Source: Patescibacteria group bacterium (GTDB lineage: Bacteria; Patescibacteriota; Patescibacteriia; Patescibacteriales; WJLG01). Taken from it: a DNA stretch of 64,000 nucleotides. The notes beneath the pieces were generated by a model. That model did not search any database and was not told where the DNA came from. It saw only the letters and a program-made list of their open reading frames with translations. A program made the translations under genes and the position numbers. The stretch is from NCBI GenBank assembly GCA_028716485.1, contig JAQUPS010000001.1, positions 11,935-75,934 of the forward strand. Direction: 5' to 3'. Of the stretch, positions 46,332-56,133 are shown in pieces; the stretch's first letter is position 1, and every line of letters begins with the position of its first letter.

Positions 46332-47615
46332 TCAAGGGGCGAGCAGAACAGCCAAGGTTTCGCGGGCGCATTTCTCCCAGCTGAATTCTTTAGCTCTGGC
46401 CAAGCCCTTGGCAATCAATTCCGCTCTTAATTTTTCATCAAAAATTATTTTCTCCATCGCGCCGGCCATATCTTCTTTGTCGTGCGGATTGAAATACAGA
46501 GCGGCGTCGCCGGCCACTTCGCGCAATGCCGGAATATCGGAAACGGCTGCCGGCAGGCCGCAAGAGAGAGCCTGTAAAATTGTTATGCCGAAACCTTCAT
46601 GCAAGGAAGGAAGAATATAAGCGTCAGCGCCGTTAAAAATATAAGGGACATCTTCTTCGTTCGCCCAGCCGGGCATGATCACATCGTTTTGCAGCCCGAA
46701 TTCATGGATAATATATTTTATTTCGTCAAAGCCGAAGCTCGCATCGCCGATTAAGACTAGTTTTTGCGCCAGATTATGGCGGCGATGTTTTAATTTGACG
46801 AACGCTTCCAGCAGCAGCGGAGTATTTTTTTTCTTTTCCAACCGGCCGGCATAGAGAAAATACGGCCGAGTAATTCCGTATTTATTCAAAACCTCGGCTA
46901 TTTTTGCCTCATCATTGATTTTTTTATAGAGTAAATCATTGAAACCGTTATAAATGACAGTTATTTTTTTCTCCAAGCATTTGTACATATCAAGTATTTC
47001 GTCGCGGGAAAATCGGGAAACGGTAATTATTTTTTTTGAATTTTTTATAGAGTAGACAGTCGACCAATTAAGATAATCAGTGGAGTTGGCGCCGTATTTT
47101 CCCAGCGTAAAAAGGCGGACAAGAAAATTTATCACTCTCCTTCCCCGGCCCTTTTCCGGGCCAAGCTTATTTTCTTCGTAAAGTTCGGCCTCTCTTTTGA
47201 AAGCGACATCATGAATCGTATTGATTGTTCTTTTCGGCCTGATCAAGGGCAGTCCGTGAGCCGGAATAAATAGAACGTCGGGTTTATGCCAAATCATCCA
47301 GATTGACAGGCGGCCCAAGGTCCAAAAATAAGAAAAAGGCCAGCGCAGGACTTTGGCCTTGAAATTATGATGGGGGCTTTTAATGATTTGATAGCCGTCG
47401 CGGTCATATTCCGGATGCCAATCATTTTTTTCCCGGCGAATAAAATTCAATTCCGTCAAATCGGCCAAATCGGCCGAGAGCGGTTTATCAGTATACAAAA
47501 CAAATTGGTTATCCTTATCAAGCTGGGCAAAATATTTGATCAGGTAATAAGAATACCATTCAGTGCCGCTTTTGTGAGTTCGATTGGCGCGCGAAGCGTC
47601 GATGCCGATTAACAT
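46332..47615 (-). CDS. Glycosyltransferase family 4
   Basis: EGFGITILQALSCGLPAAVSDIPALREV. The ORF-track start at 47648 lies inside the heptamer array; the start is more likely the ATG at 47613-47615 (MLIGID...). Confidence 0.85.
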   Translation of the reverse strand: MLIGIDASRANRTHKSGTEWYSYYLIKYFAQLDKDNQFVLYTDKPLSADLADLTELNFIRREKNDWHPEYDRDGYQIIKSPHHNFKAKVLRWPFSYFWTLGRLSIWMIWHKPDVLFIPAHGLPLIRPKRTINTIHDVAFKREAELYEENKLGPEKGRGRRVINFLVRLFTLGKYGANSTDYLNWSTVYSIKNSKKIITVSRFSRDEILDMYKCLEKKITVIYNGFNDLLYKKINDEAKIAEVLNKYGITRPYFLYAGRLEKKKNTPLLLEAFVKLKHRRHNLAQKLVLIGDASFGFDEIKYIIHEFGLQNDVIMPGWANEEDVPYIFNGADAYILPSLHEGFGITILQALSCGLPAAVSDIPALREVAGDAALYFNPHDKEDMAGAMEKIIFDEKLRAELIAKGLARAKEFSWEKCARETLAVLLAP

Positions 47616-47617
47616 TT

Positions 47618-47645
47618 CGTAACACGTAACACGTAACACGTAACA
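47618..47645. repeat. Heptamer array 4 x GTGTTAC (gene sense) running directly into the GT4 start codon (…GTTACGAAATG)
   Basis: + strand cgtaacacgtaacacgtaacacgtaaca. A second degenerate array TGTGTTA TGCGATA TGTGTTA CGTAAAG lies at 47663-47690. Confidence 0.9.
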
Positions 47646-47691
47646 CAAATCAAAAAAATATTATGTGTTATGCGATATGTGTTACGTAAAG

Positions 47692-48699
47692 TTATTTTGT
47701 CGCAAGAATGGATCTCTTATAAGAATCCAGATTGTCCAGCGCAATGCCCGTCCCTTTCGCAACGCACAAGAGCGGTTCATCGGCGATATAGACCGGTACG
47801 CCGATCGTGCGCGAAACCAATTGATCGATATTGCGCAGAAGTGAACTGCCGCCGGCCATCACGATCCCTTTGTCCATGATATCGGCGGACAATTCCGGCG
47901 AAGTATCATTCAAAACTTTCTTGATCGCCACGATAATCGCTTCCAATTCATTTTGAATCGCCTCGGTCACGTCGTCGCTGATCACATTGATACTGCGCGG
48001 CAAACCGCTGACCACGTCCCGCCCGCGGACTTCCATCGTCAATTTATTTTTCAGATACAGCGCGGCGCCGACATTGATTTTTATCTCTTCAGCCGTGCGT
48101 TCGCCGATGGAAAGATTGTATTTGCGGCGGATATGTTCGGCAATCGCCACGTCGAATTTATTACCGCCGACTTTGACGGAATTGACGCAGACGATGCCGC
48201 CCAAGGAAATCACGGCCATTTCCGCGGTGCCGCCGCCGATATCCACGATCATATGGCCGGAAGAAGAACCAATGGGAATATCCGCGCCGATGGCCGCGGC
48301 AATCGGCTCTTTAATAATGTAGGCGGCTTTGGCGCCGGCGGAAATCGTCGCCTCGATAACGGCACGGCGTTCGGTGGAAGAAATGCCGGCCGGCACGGCG
48401 ACCATCACTTCCGGCCGGAACAGCCGGAAATTCCCCAGAGTCTTATTGATAAAATACCTGAGCATCGCTTCGGTGGTGCGGTAATCGGCAATCACTCCGT
48501 CCTTCAACGGCTTGACGGCGATGATATTATCCGGCGTGCGCCCGAGCATTTCCTTGGCTTCATTTCCCACGGCCAAAATCTTGCGGTCGCTGATCGAAAC
48601 CGCGACGACGCTCGGCTCGTTAATCACAATACCCTTCCGGGGCAGATGCACCAGAGTATATGTCGTTCCCAAGTCGATTCCGATTGATTTGATAAACAT
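47692..48699 (-). CDS. mreB: Rod shape-determining actin homolog MreB
   Basis: IGIDLGTTYTLV, actin-fold phosphate/adenosine motifs, 335 aa. Confidence 0.9.
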   Translation of the reverse strand: MFIKSIGIDLGTTYTLVHLPRKGIVINEPSVVAVSISDRKILAVGNEAKEMLGRTPDNIIAVKPLKDGVIADYRTTEAMLRYFINKTLGNFRLFRPEVMVAVPAGISSTERRAVIEATISAGAKAAYIIKEPIAAAIGADIPIGSSSGHMIVDIGGGTAEMAVISLGGIVCVNSVKVGGNKFDVAIAEHIRRKYNLSIGERTAEEIKINVGAALYLKNKLTMEVRGRDVVSGLPRSINVISDDVTEAIQNELEAIIVAIKKVLNDTSPELSADIMDKGIVMAGGSSLLRNIDQLVSRTIGVPVYIADEPLLCVAKGTGIALDNLDSYKRSILATK

Positions 48700-48832
48700 A
48701 ACGATAAATTTCTAATTTTGTAATTTTTAATTTTTAAATAATTTTTAATGCTTAATTTTTAAACAAACAATTTAAAACTGGCGTTTAAAAATTAAAAATT
48801 TTGATTTATTTAAAAATTATAAAATTCAAAAA

Positions 48833-50839
48833 TTAAAAATTAATTTCAAATGACTTATCCGTCTCCAGCGCCGAATTCCAAATAATTTCATTCTGGCGAA
48901 CTTCGGCGCCAATCAAAGGATTGTATGATTTTATCGCAGTTGGAGCCATTACGTCAACCTGCAAGGATTTGATCATATTTCCCGGCTGTTTCTGCGCGTA
49001 AAGCTGATAATTTCCTTGGGAAAATTGATTGGCCAAATCAGCGGGTAATTTATAAGAAATATCCAACTCCGCGCTCTTACCCAGGCGGACATAGAATAAT
49101 CCCGCCACCACTGTCTTGCCCGATTCATCATAAGGCTTGTCGGGCGAAGAAAATCCGGCCGCGCTGATTATCTCGCTGCCAGCCGGCAGATAAATCCGGG
49201 CGTAATCTTTATAATCGCTGGTTCGCCAATCGGCAACGCCGGAATTATGATAAGTAATTTTCAAATCAGCGTAAAGGCCGTCGGATTTCTGCCTGACTTG
49301 ATAATTGATTTTTCTCTCCATCACCGAGTCGGTTTTCAGCGATGCCATATTAGCATCGACCAGCATGAAATAATCGCCGGCGGTTGTTTTTATTTCTCCG
49401 CCCGCGCCTAAATTTTGCACCAGACCTTCGCGATAATCATTCGGCAGATAAGCCAAGACGTATTTTTGCCGCACCGCGCCGGCAAGATCCGCTAACGCCG
49501 TTGGCCATAGGCTGTAATCCAGATTAAAAAGCTTGGTTTTCATTTCAGCTAATATCTTGCCGATGATTTCCTTGCGCTGCCAGGAACTGACATTTTGCGA
49601 GGCCAGATCCTGTTCAACTTTATATTCCAAAAGATTGGTAAAATTATCTTTGGTGAACTGCTCGCCGTTGATAGTTATCGGTCCGGTCAAATCTAAGAGC
49701 GAGGTGACGAATTCCGGCGTAATGGCGATGACACCGTTGAAATTACCGCTGAAATTATTGATCTGATTCTTGGGCGGCAGAAGATTATTCTCTTTATTGT
49801 AGAACCAGATTATCTGCTGCGCTGAAGTCGGCCAATCGGGCGACCAATTGGCATCGCGCATATACCAGGTCTTATTCAAATATTTTTTTATCGGGTCAGG
49901 CGGCACGATCGAAAGCAGATGCAAAGCTTCCATCGGCTGATCCATGTGGTAAATGTCGTGAGAATCAAAACGGACCACATCGCCGTTTGCTGTCTGCAAA
50001 ATTCCATAAGTTCCCAAGAATCCGCCGGTCGGGCGCAGCTCGGCGTTATTTTCAAACAGCACCAAGAAAGTCGATTGAGACGGATAGCCGAAAAATTCCG
50101 GCGCCAGCTGGGAAACGATGGCCGCCTCGGCTAAAAGATTCGAGGCGTCGGTTAATTTGTTTTTGGCTTCATTGATTTGCGCTTTAAAGGGCGCGAGCAA
50201 TCCGTCGGCTTCGACTTTGTCCAAATTAAGCAAAGCCAGATCCAAATCTGCCTTAAGTCCGTTAAGTTCCGGGCCGGATTCGTAAATTGATTTTAACAAA
50301 GCCCTCTTTTGCTCGGTAGAGAACTGGGAAAAATTGGCGCCGAACTTTCCTCCCATTATCTCGTTCCATTGCTGTCCAACCGCGGCCGCCTCATTCAGCG
50401 CTTTGCTGATTACGCCGGCGCTGGCAATCAGATAATCGACATCAGCCAATTCCTTTTGGCCGATATTTAAATTTTTAAAAATTATGTTATTTCTCAACGC
50501 CTGCAATTTGCGGGATAGCGCGGTGAAAGAATTTTCCGCCGCCAAAGAATCATCGCCCATCGCGTTAAAATTTTTCTGTTGCGCCGCCGCGAGCGAATTT
50601 TGCAGATTATTTTTTCCAAAAATCGCCAAATCATAAATCCCCTTGAATTGAAAAAGTAAAATTCCCGCCAAAATCAAGCCTAAAACAAAAACAACCAGCA
50701 AGAAAGTAGAAAAATATTTCAAAAAATGAAAAATCGGCTGGCGGCGTTTCTGCTGCAAATGCAAAGCTTCCGCCAGGGAAGCAACGCTTTCATGACCGGC
50801 TAAAAAATCGATTTTTTTGTGTTTTTTCCGCCAGAACAT
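48833..50839 (-). CDS. Large membrane-anchored extracytoplasmic protein of unknown function (possibly DUF4012-like)
   Basis: N-terminal TM, 668 aa, no catalytic motif recognised. Confidence 0.5.
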   Translation of the reverse strand: MFWRKKHKKIDFLAGHESVASLAEALHLQQKRRQPIFHFLKYFSTFLLVVFVLGLILAGILLFQFKGIYDLAIFGKNNLQNSLAAAQQKNFNAMGDDSLAAENSFTALSRKLQALRNNIIFKNLNIGQKELADVDYLIASAGVISKALNEAAAVGQQWNEIMGGKFGANFSQFSTEQKRALLKSIYESGPELNGLKADLDLALLNLDKVEADGLLAPFKAQINEAKNKLTDASNLLAEAAIVSQLAPEFFGYPSQSTFLVLFENNAELRPTGGFLGTYGILQTANGDVVRFDSHDIYHMDQPMEALHLLSIVPPDPIKKYLNKTWYMRDANWSPDWPTSAQQIIWFYNKENNLLPPKNQINNFSGNFNGVIAITPEFVTSLLDLTGPITINGEQFTKDNFTNLLEYKVEQDLASQNVSSWQRKEIIGKILAEMKTKLFNLDYSLWPTALADLAGAVRQKYVLAYLPNDYREGLVQNLGAGGEIKTTAGDYFMLVDANMASLKTDSVMERKINYQVRQKSDGLYADLKITYHNSGVADWRTSDYKDYARIYLPAGSEIISAAGFSSPDKPYDESGKTVVAGLFYVRLGKSAELDISYKLPADLANQFSQGNYQLYAQKQPGNMIKSLQVDVMAPTAIKSYNPLIGAEVRQNEIIWNSALETDKSFEINF

Positions 50840-50880
50840 AAAAAATTCAATTATTGCAAGATATCAAATTAGGTGTTTGA

Positions 50881-50909
50881 ATTATACTTGATTTTATCAT
50901 TTTTGGCAA
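50881..50909 (-). promoter_or_regulatory. Sigma-70-like promoter for the 48833..50839 gene (-35 TTGCCA, 17-bp spacer, -10 TATAAT)
   Basis: Minus sense TTGCCAaaaatgataaaatcaagTATAAT, about 40 nt upstream of the ATG. Confidence 0.5.
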
Positions 50910-51018
50910 GAAAAAACTTGCCTATTTTTTCGGCTTAAATTATAAATCTCAACACATCGGCTCGAAAAATCTCTTCTTCATTATGAATCGGCAGACAAAA
51001 TTCAGTCAGTATAAAAAA

Positions 51019-52659
51019 TTATTTTTTTATAAAAATCTCCGCCAGATTATCGTTATAAACTTCTTGCCATTCCGGCGAAATGGCTAAATAATCCGCCAAA
51101 GCCAAGTTTTCTTGCTGCGCTTTTAATAAATTTTCCTCGTTAATGCCTAAAAAGGCTTTTTCCCACCAATGTATTTTTACCGGCTCGATTTTCACCCTTG
51201 CCAATACCAAGCCAATTTTATGCTGCTTGAGCCTGGCGGAAATTTTAGTTATATCGTAAAAATCATTATATTCTTCAAGCAGGGAATGGCCATTAAATTG
51301 ATATTGCGGCAGACGGCCATCGATGAATAATCTCTTTTCCGGATATTGCCAGATCAGATAACCGCCCCAGCCATAATTATTGAAAATCCTTAAATCATCC
51401 CATTCCGGATGGGCGCGCAAAAATGCCACGGCTTGATAAGGATATTCGTTTTGATAAACTTTTTCCGGCTGATTGATGAAATTAATTTTTAGCACGATGA
51501 TGGCGCCGGCAACAATCAGGCCCATAGAAGATAAAATAAAGATTAATTTCTTGAATGTAAAATTTTTAATTTTATCCGGCTTGAAAGACAAATTATGCAC
51601 GAAAAAATTAACGAATAACTCAGCGATAAGCGGCAAGGAAACGATGAATAATAAAGGAAAATGCCGCCGGGCCTTGATGGCCATGCCGGTAAAAATAATG
51701 ATTAAAATAAAATCAAACAGATTGATTTTACGGCGATGCTCGCCCTTGAAAATAAAAGCGGCAAAAAATAATAGCGGCAAAAAAATCAAAACAATCTCAA
51801 TGTAGATAAGTTGCGGATAAATGAATGGTAAATAATATTGACCAAGCCATTCGGAAAGATGAGCCTGATAATAAGTGTCGCGATAACCTAATAAAAAAGC
51901 GTAAAGACGCAGGCCATAAGGAGTGGTCAGCGTCGTTGCCGTTGCCAAAAAAGAAAAGCCAGCAAAAACCCCGATCTGTTTCCAATTTAAAATTTTATTA
52001 TAATCAACAAATTGCCAGGGAAATTTTTCGGCGCTCCATAATTCTCCGGCTTTAATCAGGACGAATAGCGCCAAAATAAATAAACCGATCAAAAATCCGG
52101 CATGAACCGAAGCCCAAAAAAGGAAAAGCGGGATGAGCCAGAAAAGAATCCGATAATTTTTATTTTTATTGTAAAGATAGATTATTATTGTCAACAACAA
52201 CAGAAGGAAAATAGAAATTTCCTGCACGCGGACGCCCAGATGCGGCAAGCTGGCATACAGGCCGAACCCCTGTAAAATCAGGACAAAGAACAAGCCGCGG
52301 TCATTTTGCAAAAAATATTTTCTGATGAATTGTAATTGGATTATCAAGGCCGCCAAAATCAACAGGGCAAAACAAATGCTTAAAACAATATAGCCGAAAT
52401 AACGATCAATCAAATAAATAAAAACATTGGCCAGCCATTCGTGATCGACCCAATGCGTTCCCAATAAAGTATAATCTTCGCGATTGATATCCGGCACGGC
52501 GTGGGTTTGCCAAATCTGCTCGCCCATCTTCAAGTGCCAGCCGAAATCCGGATCAAGATAAGCGAAAGAATTATAAAGCAAGACGACAAAAATAAAGGCG
52601 TAAAACAGCCCGAGCAATATTTTCAGCCATATTTTATTTTTATCGTTTTCTGCTGACAT
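51019..52659 (-). CDS. Polytopic membrane protein, putative GT-C-fold glycosyltransferase (ArnT/PMT-like) with a C-terminal soluble domain
   Basis: 12+ TM, first-loop acidic motif (DPDFGWHLKMGE, WVDHEWL), C-terminal GWGGYLIW...FIDGR. Confidence 0.45.
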   Translation of the reverse strand: MSAENDKNKIWLKILLGLFYAFIFVVLLYNSFAYLDPDFGWHLKMGEQIWQTHAVPDINREDYTLLGTHWVDHEWLANVFIYLIDRYFGYIVLSICFALLILAALIIQLQFIRKYFLQNDRGLFFVLILQGFGLYASLPHLGVRVQEISIFLLLLLTIIIYLYNKNKNYRILFWLIPLFLFWASVHAGFLIGLFILALFVLIKAGELWSAEKFPWQFVDYNKILNWKQIGVFAGFSFLATATTLTTPYGLRLYAFLLGYRDTYYQAHLSEWLGQYYLPFIYPQLIYIEIVLIFLPLLFFAAFIFKGEHRRKINLFDFILIIIFTGMAIKARRHFPLLFIVSLPLIAELFVNFFVHNLSFKPDKIKNFTFKKLIFILSSMGLIVAGAIIVLKINFINQPEKVYQNEYPYQAVAFLRAHPEWDDLRIFNNYGWGGYLIWQYPEKRLFIDGRLPQYQFNGHSLLEEYNDFYDITKISARLKQHKIGLVLARVKIEPVKIHWWEKAFLGINEENLLKAQQENLALADYLAISPEWQEVYNDNLAEIFIKK

Positions 52660-52716
52660 ACTATATTATTATAGCAAGGTATGAAGAATAATTATAATCT
52701 GATCATGTTTTACACA

Positions 52717-52745
52717 TTGACAGAAACACTAAGCCTTGATATAAT
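52717..52745 (+). promoter_or_regulatory. Canonical sigma-70 promoter (TTGACA, 17 bp, TATAAT) upstream of the CAP-domain gene
   Basis: Exact consensus hexamers with a 17-bp spacer, about 50 nt upstream of the ATG at 52797. Confidence 0.7.
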
Positions 52746-52796
52746 TATATATGGATAAGGTCAAAATCAATCTTATCGCCAAAATAAAAACAAAAA

Positions 52797-53474
52797 ATGA
52801 AAATTACACAAAACCGGCCGATTTCTCCGAATTTTGTTTGTATTTCCCTAAAATTAAATAAATTTATTCGCTCCGCTTCCCTGTTTGCCATTGTGCTGGG
52901 GATTTTTTTATTGCCCAAAACGGCCTTGATGGCCGCGATTACGCCGGAAAAAATAATTTCTTCGACTAACGAAGAAAGAAACCGGGCTGGTTTAAATATT
53001 CTCTCATCAAACGACCAGCTCGCCAGAGCCGCCAATGCCAAGGCGCAGGCGGTTTTGGCCAGCCAGATATTTGATCACACCATCAATGGCAAAAAATTTT
53101 CCAGCTGGATAAAAGATACCGGCTATCGATATTCTTTGGCCGGAGAAAATCTGGCGATGGATTTTGTCAGCTCGGAAGGTTTAATGCGCGCCTGGATGGC
53201 TTCGCCGGATCATCGCGCCAATATTTTGGAAAATGAATATGCCGATATCGGCGTGGGCGTAGCCGAAGGGAAATTCGCCGGCCAGAAGACGATTGTCGTC
53301 GCCCAAATTTTCGGCGATCCGCTGATCAAAACCGCTCCGATCCCCGCCGATATCGTCCAACTAAATGAGAGAATTATGGCCTGGAAAAATTCCCCGGTAA
53401 ATCATTTATCCTTTTATTATAATCTCTTCGGGAACATCTCCTTACTCACCACCCGCCAAGTCGCCTTATTCTAA
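52797..53474 (+). CDS. CAP/SCP/PR-1-like (YkwD-type) secreted protein
   Basis: Signal peptide; GENLA, HRANILENEYADIGVGV CAP motifs. Confidence 0.8.
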   Translation: MKITQNRPISPNFVCISLKLNKFIRSASLFAIVLGIFLLPKTALMAAITPEKIISSTNEERNRAGLNILSSNDQLARAANAKAQAVLASQIFDHTINGKKFSSWIKDTGYRYSLAGENLAMDFVSSEGLMRAWMASPDHRANILENEYADIGVGVAEGKFAGQKTIVVAQIFGDPLIKTAPIPADIVQLNERIMAWKNSPVNHLSFYYNLFGNISLLTTRQVALF

Positions 53475-53578
53475 AATTTTATTTCGAATACTCGCAATAT
53501 CCTACCAACGCTCAATAGCAAAAAATATCCGCTTAAACGGATATTTTTAATTTTACATTTTAAATTTTTAATTGGCCA

Positions 53579-54202
53579 TTAATCCGCGCCATATACTCCG
53601 CCGGAATAATCCGTGTCATTCTTAACTTTCAAAATAAACTTTTCAACTTTAACCAAGCCGATATTATCATTAAAGACCGCTTCGGCCAGATAATTATCCG
53701 AATTTTCATGATAGAAAATCAGGGCGCGGTTGGTATTGATAAAATCAACGCTGTCGACTGTCGAACCGCCTCCGCCCGCATTATCAGCCTTGGCCAGCGC
53801 CGCGATGTTTTGGCGGATATAGGCCTCTGCCTCGTCCATTATTTTATTATAATTGTCCGCGGGATCAGCCTGAGCAACGACGACAACCGATACTTTTTCA
53901 CGATTAACGCCGGTCGCATTCTGAACATTCCCGGCAAAAATTACGGTAACAAAGATAAGCGCGACAACTGAAAAAAAAGTATACAAAGCCACGCCAAGAT
54001 AAAAATCAGTCCGTTTCTGGCGAGTTTTTTTTCTCTTTCTCATCTGATTATAAATAAAAAATAAAAATGGCACCAAGGCGATCAGCCAAAACTTACCGGC
54101 GACAATTTTCTTTTCTACATCGCTAAAAAAGCGGCTTTTGCGTTTTGCCTTGAAGTTTTTCAGCCGTTGTAAAAATTTTAATTTCGCCATATTGGCCGTC
54201 AA
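53579..54202 (-). CDS. Hypothetical membrane protein (start uncertain; overlaps the upstream gene by about 80 nt)
   Basis: Two TM segments, poly-Gly GGGG, no motif. Confidence 0.4.
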   Translation of the reverse strand: MTANMAKLKFLQRLKNFKAKRKSRFFSDVEKKIVAGKFWLIALVPFLFFIYNQMRKRKKTRQKRTDFYLGVALYTFFSVVALIFVTVIFAGNVQNATGVNREKVSVVVVAQADPADNYNKIMDEAEAYIRQNIAALAKADNAGGGGSTVDSVDFINTNRALIFYHENSDNYLAEAVFNDNIGLVKVEKFILKVKNDTDYSGGVYGAD

Positions 54203-55433
54203 AGCCGGGTTTAATCGCTAATTTTCCCTCCCGCACCCGTTTTATCCCTTCGGCAATCAGCGGCAAGGTCCTGCCGGCCAATTTATCCAGGGGCAAATCC
54301 ATCAGGATAAATAATTCCGGGCCGAAATTTTTAATTAATTTGTCGTATTCGGCTTTAACTTTTGTCGAGCTTCTTGATTTAACCCCCAGCGCCTCGGCGA
54401 TTATCTTGTCCAGCTCCACTAATTTTACGAATGGGTAAGATTTTTTCGGAATAATGTCAGACGGTCGGTCGGCTAATTCTTCCACGCGATTTAAAACGCC
54501 GATGGTCAAAGGCTTCTTGCAGACCGGGCAGATGCCCTTATGCTTTTTGGTTTCTGATGGCATGAAAGAAATTCCGCACGTTAAATGGCCGTCATAATGA
54601 TACATTCCCTCTTCCGGATAAAATTCAATCGTTTTGACGATTTTCTTCAAGTCCTTATTTTTTATTATACCATAAATCTCCTGATAGGAAAAATCGTTTA
54701 AGTCAAATACGTTGCATTCTCTTCCAAGATTAGCCAAGCTATGCGCGTCGGAGTTGGAAAGCAAAGTCAGATTATCCAGGGCGGATAAACGCCAATTCAT
54801 TTCCGGATCAGAGGACAAGCCGGTTTCATAAGCGTAAATATTTTTCGTCTGCTCGCGGAAACATTCTTCCATCTTATCAAAACCGGATTTGGAGCCGAAT
54901 ACGGAAAACCATGGCGTCCAGATATGCGCCGGGTAAATCAAAAATTGCGGATGGATATCCAGACAGGTTTTTACCAAGTCCGGCGCTGACATTCCCAAAA
55001 TCGGCCGGCCGTCGGAGCGGATATTAAAATTTTTATCCAAATAATTATTCAGCTTCCCCGCCGCCTCGATATTCGGCGCCATAATTACCAGATGAATTCT
55101 TCTGGCGTGCGGCCCGCCATCTTTATAAATCAGCGCAACCTCGGTCGATAAAATAAATTTCGTAGGAACGCAATATTTTGCGTTCAAATTTTTATCCTGC
55201 TCGCCGATCGGAACGCAAGATATTGCGTTCCTACGCTGATATAATCCGCCGCCATTTATTTCTTCCAGCTCATTCTTTATCGCCTCAAACCACTGCGGAT
55301 AAGTAAAATCCCCAGTCGCAATAACATCAATGCCTTTCACCCGGCACGCCGCGTCAATATTCTCCAGCGTCAACTGTCCCGAACAGGCGCGGGAATATTT
55401 GGAATGGATATGCAAATCTAAAATCTGTTTCAT
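54123..55433 (-). CDS. PHP-domain metal-dependent phosphoesterase/nuclease-like protein with C-terminal zinc ribbon (EndoQ-like architecture)
   Basis: DLHIHSKYS PHP motif I, further His/Asp motifs (SNSDAHS), CPVCKKPL zinc ribbon. Contains an in-frame palindromic segment at 55161-55235. Confidence 0.6.
   Translation of the reverse strand: MKQILDLHIHSKYSRACSGQLTLENIDAACRVKGIDVIATGDFTYPQWFEAIKNELEEINGGGLYQRRNAISCVPIGEQDKNLNAKYCVPTKFILSTEVALIYKDGGPHARRIHLVIMAPNIEAAGKLNNYLDKNFNIRSDGRPILGMSAPDLVKTCLDIHPQFLIYPAHIWTPWFSVFGSKSGFDKMEECFREQTKNIYAYETGLSSDPEMNWRLSALDNLTLLSNSDAHSLANLGRECNVFDLNDFSYQEIYGIIKNKDLKKIVKTIEFYPEEGMYHYDGHLTCGISFMPSETKKHKGICPVCKKPLTIGVLNRVEELADRPSDIIPKKSYPFVKLVELDKIIAEALGVKSRSSTKVKAEYDKLIKNFGPELFILMDLPLDKLAGRTLPLIAEGIKRVREGKLAIKPGFDGQYGEIKIFTTAEKLQGKTQKPLF
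55161..55235. repeat. 75-bp nested palindrome inside the PHP CDS (CGTAGGAACGCAATAT...ATATTGCGTTCCTACG), in frame
   Basis: Outer 16-bp perfect arms; inner AACGCAA-tatttt-TTGCGTT; encodes RRNAISCVP...AKYCVPTKF. Confidence 0.6.
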
Positions 55434-55524
55434 AATACTGATATATTAGCATCTTTGGGATGATTATGGCAAAATTAAAAACCCGCAATTAATTAAATCA
55501 CGGGTCTGTAGAATTATTTTTCAC

Positions 55525-56133
55525 TTAGCAATCTTTGGCGACAAACCGACCGATACTGCCTGCCGCTGCGGCTAAGAAAAAAATTATGGCTCCGGCAATC
55601 AGCGAGCCGGTAATAGTTCCCATTTGATAAGAAATTATTGCCGTGAAAATAAGCAATGATACTCCGGCCAATCCGACACGCAAACCATCTCTGCCTCCGA
55701 ATACCCGATGGCGAGGAGACGAAAGAGCCTCGAATGCCAAAAAAGCAAAGTTAACCAGTGCCACTAATTCGACAATTTCAATCACTCCGAAATTATTCAT
55801 CACGCTAAGCGCCATGATCCCGACAATAACCGCCGGAAAAAAACTAAGCACTGAAAAAATTCGGCTAAGCCAAAAATCATCAAATCGCGTCGCCCTCCCC
55901 CACAAAAAAGCGGTAACCAATATCAGTCCGATAAGCACGCTGATAAAAAAAGAAAAATCATCCTGACCAGCGCTCTGCGACGATTCGACTTTGGGAATTA
56001 ATCCCTGCCAATAATAATGGTGCGATAAATTCAATTCATTGGCGCCGACAGTTTTTATCAAACCCGATGGCGGAACCGCGGCCCAAGCGAAAGACGCAAA
56101 CAATACTGTAATCATCAGCGAAACTTTAAACAT
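55525..56133 (-). CDS. Hypothetical polytopic membrane protein
   Basis: Signal + 5 TM; no motif. Confidence 0.5.
   Translation of the reverse strand: MFKVSLMITVLFASFAWAAVPPSGLIKTVGANELNLSHHYYWQGLIPKVESSQSAGQDDFSFFISVLIGLILVTAFLWGRATRFDDFWLSRIFSVLSFFPAVIVGIMALSVMNNFGVIEIVELVALVNFAFLAFEALSSPRHRVFGGRDGLRVGLAGVSLLIFTAIISYQMGTITGSLIAGAIIFFLAAAAGSIGRFVAKDC

Noticed and set aside
50890-50925. + strand hairpin GGCAAG-aaaaaa-CTTGCC followed by TATTTTTT, resembling a terminator
   Set aside because: No + strand gene lies upstream. It overlaps the -35 region of the predicted minus-strand promoter, so it is more likely part of the promoter architecture, or an antisense terminator without evidence.
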